Positions 56,877 through 64,000 of a stretch of DNA of 64,000 nucleotides are shown one piece after another (position 1 is the first letter of the stretch; each line of letters starts with the position of its first letter). The DNA lies in assembly GCA_051294905.1 (NCBI GenBank), contig CM119373.1, forward strand, positions 1,054,001 through 1,118,000. The letters are read 5' to 3'. This stretch comes from Botryllus schlosseri (Eukaryota). Both the position numbers and the translations under genes were made by a program. The notes under the pieces were generated by a model. The model saw nothing but the letters and a program-made list of their open reading frames with translations. It was not told the DNA's origin and did not search any database.

Positions 56877-58623
56877 GGCGGTAACAGCACTTCGTCATCC
56901 CCCCTAAAAATGATTGCATTGCGCACCCCTAGCGTGATAAACCAACCGAGGGCTTCGCCCCCAAGAACCCCGTAGCGTGATTTCGATGGTCAGCAAAGTT
57001 TGTGTGGCATGGTCGCCCTAGGTTACAAAATTTTCTATTATGCATGAATGAATAGTTGGTAATTAACATATATAAGTCGCTATAAACTTTTTATCCTCTC
57101 AGCCCACGTAATCAGATTTACCAGTACCGTAGCGCTGATTGAGCTGTTGTATGGGAAGATGGAGGGCACATAATTAATAATTAAAAATATTCGGGCGTGC
57201 CCGTAGGTACAATTAATTCGTTACCAGGGCCGCCGTAACAGCACTTCGTCAGCCCCCCAAAAAACGTTGGTCTTAGTCCCCCCCCCCCCCATCGGGTGAT
57301 GAACCAAACTTCCGGGGGGCTTCGCCCCAGACCCCCTTTCGGCTATCCACTATTTGCTGATACTAGTCATCTACATTGGGTGTCCATTTACTGAGCCAGG
57401 TATTCCCGCCTAGACGCGCGAAGCGCGAAAAATATAAATAATTAATGATTGAATTGGTACATATGATCGGGAATTGCATGTATATTGATATCAAATTTTA
57501 TCCTCTCTCTGCTCACGTAAACAAATTTACCGGTAGAGCTGAGTGATGTGTGATTGAAAAGGTAGGACACCTCAATAATAATTATACATCTCCGGGGGTA
57601 TACCCGTTGGCAGGAACGAAACGGCACTTCGTCAGGCCCCCCGAAAAAACTTGGGTCTTGGGCTCCCATAGGGTGATAAACCGACCGCCCCCATCACGTT
57701 GTTCACTTTGCCACGAAATCAGCTGTACTGTTTAGCGAGCCAGTGCGAAGTGCGAAAACTTTCGATAATTCATGATAAAATCGGTCAGTAAGATCGGGAA
57801 TTGCATATATATTGCTATTAATTTCTTGTCCTCTCTGCTCACGTTACCAGATTTACCGGTAGAGCTGAGTGAGGTGCAATGTTCCGTCTAAGCTGCTCAC
57901 GTGCCCAGTGCTGACATGGTATCTGTGCACAGAAAATCTACGTTGCGCACAACTAATCCGAAGTTTTGACCTTTTTTTCGTCGTTACGCACTGTTGTCCA
58001 AGCGTCTGCGCAGTGAGTTTATTGAGTGTGCGCAGACTCATCAAAACGTGGAGCGAACAATGTGAGGTGTCTTGGAAACTGTAGGGCCCGTAACTAATAA
58101 TTAAACATATTCGGGCGAGCGAACCCGTTGGTATGACTTCGTTGCATGATGTTATTTCATGACCTCCTGTCTGCTATATCAAAAAATATAGAATCGCCCA
58201 ACAGGGATATCGCCCAACAATAATATCTAGTTTTAGATATCCCTGTCGCCCAATCGTACTAAACTAAAAGACGAACACGATTTCAAATTGGTATTTCTTC
58301 ACTGGCATATAATTTTTCCCTGCCGGATGGAATTCGTCTTCTGGGCTTCAGATTGCCAACACGGGAATATTCGGTGCCAGTCATTTAGGCGCCCATGGAC
58401 AATTAAACCTATATGTCTTTTGTAGGCTATATATAACGAAGTTTTCGGTGTTCATTTTCTCTGAATACTCATTAAGGATATGTCCTACCACCACATCATC
58501 TACTGCGAAGCTATTTTTCTCCTGAGCCCAGCGCCCCCCATATCGCCCCCTGAGCGTTTCCGCCCCCTTTCAAAATCGCCAGCGCCCCCTGGGGGGCGCT
58601 GGAGGCAAGGTTAAGAACCACTG

Positions 58624-61600
58624 CTTTAGTTGAAGTTGCCGGATCATGCAAAGAATGTACTGTCACGGTGGTTCTTTAATGCTATTCTTTCGTCACAATG
58701 GTCACGCTCGACTCGCCTCATCGGACGGCAGAAGAAGCACGACCGCGTTTCACTCTTTCTTTCGACGGCAGTGTGGTTAGCAGGGTCATGAGTTGCTCCT
58801 CGTTTGGTAGGGCACAGACGTAATGTCGTTTCATTTTACAGTAAATTGCAAGTATTTTTTAACGTCTTGTTATCAGTTGGATTAGTTGATCCGTGTTCGC
58901 TGTTCGTCAATAATACAAAGTACCGGAAAGACACTGTCTCTGGATTAACAAGCTTGTTAAGAATATCGGATGTCAGTCATAGATACTATCAGCGAGATAC
59001 TCTCGTCCAGCTCGGTCAAGGAGCTAAAACTCGTCCCTCAGGACATGTACTGAAAGGAGACCCAGCATTTGTCCTCTTTTGGTGGTCATGCAAAAAAGTC
59101 ATCTGTGGTATCGGACATACGGAGGAAATTCACTAGGGCATCTTTCGACACCGTATTCCTCTCCATAATGATGCCGATCAACACTGGGCGTCGTAGTAGC
59201 AACAAACATATTTGGATATCTTTACATCCACTGTGGTCGGCTCGTTGCCAGAAAAGATGGGGTGTATACCAGCATACTGCTTATCCTCAGATGTCCGCTT
59301 GAACATGATTTCAACAGATGCTTGTTTAAAATGGTGGAACGATCGAGTTCCTGGAACTGTACCACCAGATTTATATCTCTCTTCATGAAAGGCTCTGATG
59401 CTTCTTAGATACTGTGTATATAATATAAAAAATTCATTTCCTTTTATATTTTGGTCACAGAAATTGAAAACTTTCTCTATTGAGAGCAGAGCTGTTCCAA
59501 GGAACTGAATCAAGCTTGTCCGTATTAGCGTTCGCTTCACGGTTCCATCAATACCACCAGCCATCAGAAAAATATTCCAGTTTTGAAATTAAAGGAAAAT
59601 GAGTTTTAACGCTTCACGGTTCCATCAATACCATCAGCCATCAGAAAAATATTCCAGTTTCGAAATTTAAAGAAAAATGAATTTTAAGATACTGAATCAA
59701 CTTGCACTAGGGTGCATAGATGAATCCAGTGTCATGACTTAAATCAGCAGACAAGAAGCAGAATGAAAAGTTTTATACTGTCTCATCAACAACAACAACG
59801 TACATAACAACAGTGTGGACAGTACATTGCTCTTTGTTCCAGTGGTAGCTCTGTATGTCATCTTTAATTATGTATATGATTTGTTCTCGGCAAAATCACC
59901 AATAATTATTGCAGTGTCCGGCGAGAGGTTTGCTTAAAGATCCTTGAAATACCGGGCTTGACACTTAGAAATACAGTGTGTGATGTCAGGTTATCCATCT
60001 TTGTTGAGGCAAATTATAGAATGTCAGACAAACATCGTTAGAGTATTAAGTTCTGATCGGTCTGCTGACTGCCATTGCTTGAATAAAATATATTCAGACG
60101 CTTTTTATTCAAGCAAAGTGCTTATTCACTTTTTCTGTTAATCGTTCCTTTCCGGGGTACTCACTTTTTCTGTTCATCGTTCCTTTCCGGGGTACTTCGA
60201 ACAACGGTGGACCATACAAACCCCGTCCCTTTCCATGGTACTTCGAACAACGGTGGACCATACAAACCCGGTCTTCTAGATCACACACAACTTGGGCCAG
60301 CATGTCTTCGTATTCTAACCCACAGGCAGAAGGAACCAGTTTGGCGTTCTCGGCAATTGCACAACCACACACTTGATGGCTTCCAGAACTGCCCATCTTG
60401 ATACACCATTTTTGACGCAATTCACAGAACTTGGATGGCTTCCAGAACTGCCCATCTTGATACACCATTTTTGACGCAATTCACAGAACTTGGACAAACC
60501 TATCTTGCTATTTCTTGTAAAATACAGCTCTTAAATTGCAGAGAAGCAGTCGCTTTTGCCGGGGGATCTTATTACCCAAGCTGAGATAGTCACCGGATCC
60601 TGCCATTATCCTAGAAAATTCATCTTAATAAAATGCCAATACCAGATCTTTCACAGCATCACTAATGCCATGTTTTAACAGACCTCAGCAGCATTTTTTG
60701 GCCTGCTATCGAAACCTGTGTCTCATGAATGGGCCGTGATGGCGGGTCTAGATTTGCACCTTATCACCATGATGAAGTCACCACCTTTTGGGATATGAAA
60801 ACTTTTTGCCATTCAATTAGTTGTTCACCAATCATGTCCTGAGATGAGGCAGTGGTAAACAACAATACAAAACAAAAACTTCACACAGTAGTAAGTAGCT
60901 CATATTCAACAGCTTGCAGAGAGATGCTATAGTTAGGCTCTGCTACCTTGTTAACTGCAGTGAGTGACTAAGTAGAGAATCTGATTACCTCATTGGATAT
61001 ATTACAATCTTCATCCAGCTGCATCATGAACTCAGATGAGGTCTCCGGATCTTTACACAAAATGCACTGCAAACAACAGAATAGTCCTCTCAATTTTAAC
61101 TATGATAGTAAATAATACTATTTATTGTCTAGCTATATAGTAAATAATACTATTGTCTAGCTATATATTTGACCATCTACTTTACCAATGATCATACACT
61201 GAGCAGATCTCTTGAAATCACGACATGCGACTTTGGTGCCATCACAAATAGGAATAGGGTGAATAATAATATCTCGTTGGGGAGACCAAATCCGAAATAC
61301 CACCACATATTTTCAGCGCTTCCATATCCCCTGTAAATTGAGTTGTCTTGAAATGATACAACTAACTACGAATAATTCATTTCATTATTTCTCTTCTCTT
61401 TACTACTGCTAGTCTTATGTATTAAGATCATCATACGATGTCTTCCACTGTTTGTTGGAGAAGGTTGGTTGTTGTTCACTGACATCTTTGTCAATCTCCT
61501 TGGCAGCTGAAAAAGCTAGGTCATTTTTTATTTTGTTCATTTTTCGTTTTATGGCGGTGGGTTTGTGTCTTATTGGCATGCTGTTTAATTTCAAAGGAGA

Positions 61601-61760
61601 ATATCCAATTGCCTGCAACGAGCATTCCAATTGTTCTTTCTCAGTTCCTTCTGTCTTCATTTTAATATTCCATGATTTCCTCGTCATCACTCGATTCGGC
61701 CTCAGATTTCATCTGTTTCAGAAATGCATGGCATACTTCCAAACCTAGTTTATTTGCTTC
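58624..61760 (-). mobile_element. Degenerate Sola2-like transposon (copy 2), main part; its 3' end continues at about 48480-49611
   Basis: Colinear with 15200-17185 (GIDGTVKRTL, SKFCELRQKWC, CSLQAIGYSPLKL). Several internal tandem duplications, a solo-LTR insert and an unrelated segment at about 60775-61410. Confidence 0.7.
58661..59045. mobile_element. Solo LTR, 385 bp
   Basis: TGTC...GACA termini; 5-bp TSD TGTAC (58656-58660, 59046-59050); host sequence continuous across it. Confidence 0.88.
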
Positions 61761-62533
61761 ATATTTCTTTCTTAATTTAATTACCAGAACCAAACTAATT
61801 ATGTGTTTTTCTTTTGAGAGTTTTGACATTTACTGTACTACTTCGATGAACTCCATGTAAATCACAACATAATTTAGACAAATATTTTTTAAATCCGTCT
61901 CCACACCCTCTCAGATTTTTCTCTAAATTTATATACAACTGAAGTATCTAGTTCTGAGTACAACGAAATTTATTTCGCACAATTTTGTTCAGGGATATGT
62001 ATATTTCGCACAATTTTGTTCAGGGATATGTATAACTGAATATATCCCTGATTTCGTTGAACGGCTCTCGAGTCATTGCAGTGCGAAAAATGATGATTTT
62101 GTGATTACTCAACCATGAAAGTTGGTAACACAAAACCTGTGTATGATTGTAACTGATATAGCTCAGAGGTAACGTAGAGTAAAGGTTTGAATGTTATTTA
62201 GTAAAAATTGTTGGTACATGTTCTTCACTTACCACGAATTTTCCCGCTCATCACTCTTGAGGCCGTAAATCTCGCTGTGGTCTTATAGTGTGTCAGTTCT
62301 ACAACACGTTCCAACCTCGTTCAGGGGTATTTGAAACATAAAAGTTGCGATATCGACAAAACCGTACCCGCCTAAACGCCCGTTTTCGCGGTAAATTGCG
62401 TGTCGTCCCCATGAATGATGATCAAAATGAAGAGTAAGGACAAAACTCCGTTTATCCAGATTTATTTGTGATTAGAAACGACTTGATGAATCTTATTTTT
62501 GAACGCATTTGCTGAAAAGTTAAATATCATTCG

Positions 62534-62945
62534 GATTTATATTCGTGAATAATCTTGCTCAGTAAAGATCCGCAATCATAATAAAATGCATGCAAGCGAT
62601 CGTCTTTGTTAAATTTCTCAACCTGCTCGTTCGTCAACGTGGACTTGTTGCCTCTTTGACGGTTACATATTGAATTCGCTAGTTCCTCGACGTCATTATC
62701 TGAGCGTTTGAATGTGAAGAGACATAGAATTTCGACAGTAATAGCAAATATATTACCCTCATTTGCGACGATCTGTGTGTCCCGGCCCGTAGCGAATGGA
62801 GGTTCCGAAGTAGCTCCATTTGGTCGCATATCATCTTCGGTGTGAAACGTGGTATCGTCCTTTGTTTGCGGCTCTAGTTGAACTGTGGTCGGGGTTGGTG
62901 ATTCAAATGATACTTGATCAACAGTTGCGGTCAGATATATGACGT
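62534..62945 (-). pseudogene. Upstream part of the MULE-like gene continued at 47995-48477
   Basis: Open frame ...TFHTEDDMRPNG...VEKFNKDDRLHAFYYDCGSLLSKIIHEYKS; its last 77 bp duplicate 48401-48477. Confidence 0.55.
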
Positions 62946-63465
62946 TATAGTTTTATAGGACTTTACATACCTTCATTTGGAGGAACGTTTGACGCGGCCA
63001 AATCCGAATACTGGACGTCATGTGCACTGGCGTAGCAGCATGTGCTGCCGCCCCTGGCTCTCGCTTAAAATGCCGCCCTCCTTTAAGTAGACCGCATTAA
63101 ATTTCGACATAGATTCATGTTCAAGCAATCTTGTCAATAAAAATAATCACTTACAAATAATACGCCGCGTCTCAGCCTCATCGTCTCAACGTTGATAAGG
63201 CCACAAATAATAAATAAAATGAATAGCGAACGAATGTATTGTGCAAATAGAAAATCAATAGCCGCCTCAAAGCAGAATCATCGATAATATCCTCAAATTC
63301 AAGTTTTTGAACGCAGTCTCTTTAGACAGAATGCATAGATCTGATAGCCGATCATCATTCATGGTGGAATGTAAATGGGGGAATGTAAATAAGACTTAAT
63401 CAGGATGAGCTTTGAGAAGCTCCTCACACAGCTGGCGATTGAAACACCAATGGTCAGATAAAGTT

Positions 63466-63786
63466 CATCATCATCATCATTGATTTATTAGCAATTTTAT
63501 CAGTTCAATACACCACACAAAAAGCGATACAATGAATAGACAGGAAGATGTCGAAGCGACTTGGATTTGTCTATGGAATCAGACACCCACCTTGGCCTAG
63601 GCGATGTAAAGACGAGGCATGCACACTGAATGAAAGTAAAGAAGACGGTGTAGAAAAAGAATGCGACAAGAATAGGGCGGCATGTCATGGGAAGCGAGAT
63701 CGATAGGTCAGTCGTGGTCCGGTAATCTTGAGAATGGACTGCATTTATTTAATAGCAGGCCTAATTGCTTGTATTTCGACTTGAAT
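63466..63786 (-). mobile_element. 5'-truncated copy of the CR1-group LINE 3' end
   Basis: (CAT)5 tail, then high similarity to 41613-41930, including the ORF2 stop region. Confidence 0.9.
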
Positions 63787-64000
63787 CGCACAAGTAGCTC
63801 TGCATTAACTAACCACTGTAAAACATCAAACGCTGTTGCACTACGATCAAAAGTGGTTTCACTGCTCCGCTCACTGCTCCGCACCAGCCTCTTAACTAAA
63901 CCTTTTAAAATCTTAAGTGGAACAACGTCATATGATCATATCTTAATTTGTGTTCGTCGTACAGGCCTCATATTGGTTTGTACGAAAAGCTAGCATTCTT

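Larger units (their letters stand above)
49612..58623. mobile_element. Non-autonomous hAT element (about 1.86 kb without the nested BEL) inserted in Sola2-like copy 2
   Basis: TIR CAGTGGTTCTTAACC; perfect 8-bp TSD CTTTAGTT (49604-49611, 58624-58631). The rejoined flanks match 15195-15250. Subterminal cagcgccccc repeats. Confidence 0.92.

Noticed and set aside
60768-60776. CATGATGAA, identical to the start of the Drosophila P-element TIR
   Set aside because: No inverted partner or 8-bp TSD at the other end of the unrelated segment; probably chance.
1-64000. tRNA genes, prokaryotic operons, defence systems or TnpB/Fanzor nucleases
   Set aside because: I saw no cloverleaf with A/B boxes, no operon-like gene packing and no RuvC-type motif set. 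A tRNAscan-SE or HMM search would be needed to exclude them formally.

Overview
This is eukaryotic, almost certainly animal, repeat-saturated DNA: a nested graveyard of transposable elements with no intact conventional host gene, tRNA or CRISPR array that I can support. Three elements look young. (1) A complete BEL/Pao LTR retrotransposon (49732-56876; 389-bp LTRs differing at one base, GGCGG target-site duplication (TSD), 2055-aa ORF). (2) A CR1-group LINE with an open 995-aa endonuclease-RT ORF (41613-45388). (3) An R2 retrotransposon (about 22526-27378). The R2 is the most unusual object: it keeps its 28S rDNA 5' junction, but only 74 bp of 28S are present and the 3' 28S flank is missing, so it lies outside an rDNA unit. 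Older remains include MULE transposases (one with a Ulp1 protease + PHD finger downstream), two Sola2-like transposases, a Helitron-like HUH Rep, Harbinger transposase and Myb/SANT genes, THAP/P-like pieces, RTE, Tx1/L1 and I-like LINE fragments, hAT-type elements with 8-bp TSDs, a solo LTR and palindromic foldback elements. A 3.4-kb Harbinger-type terminal-inverted-repeat (TIR) element splits a MULE gene and carries non-transposase cargo. Two window-wide patterns stand out: most coding fragments lie on the minus strand (piRNA-cluster-like; inference), and about 20 two-copy tandem duplications of 12-100 bp occur in old DNA but not in the young elements. All family assignments come from motif recognition by eye; no database search was run.
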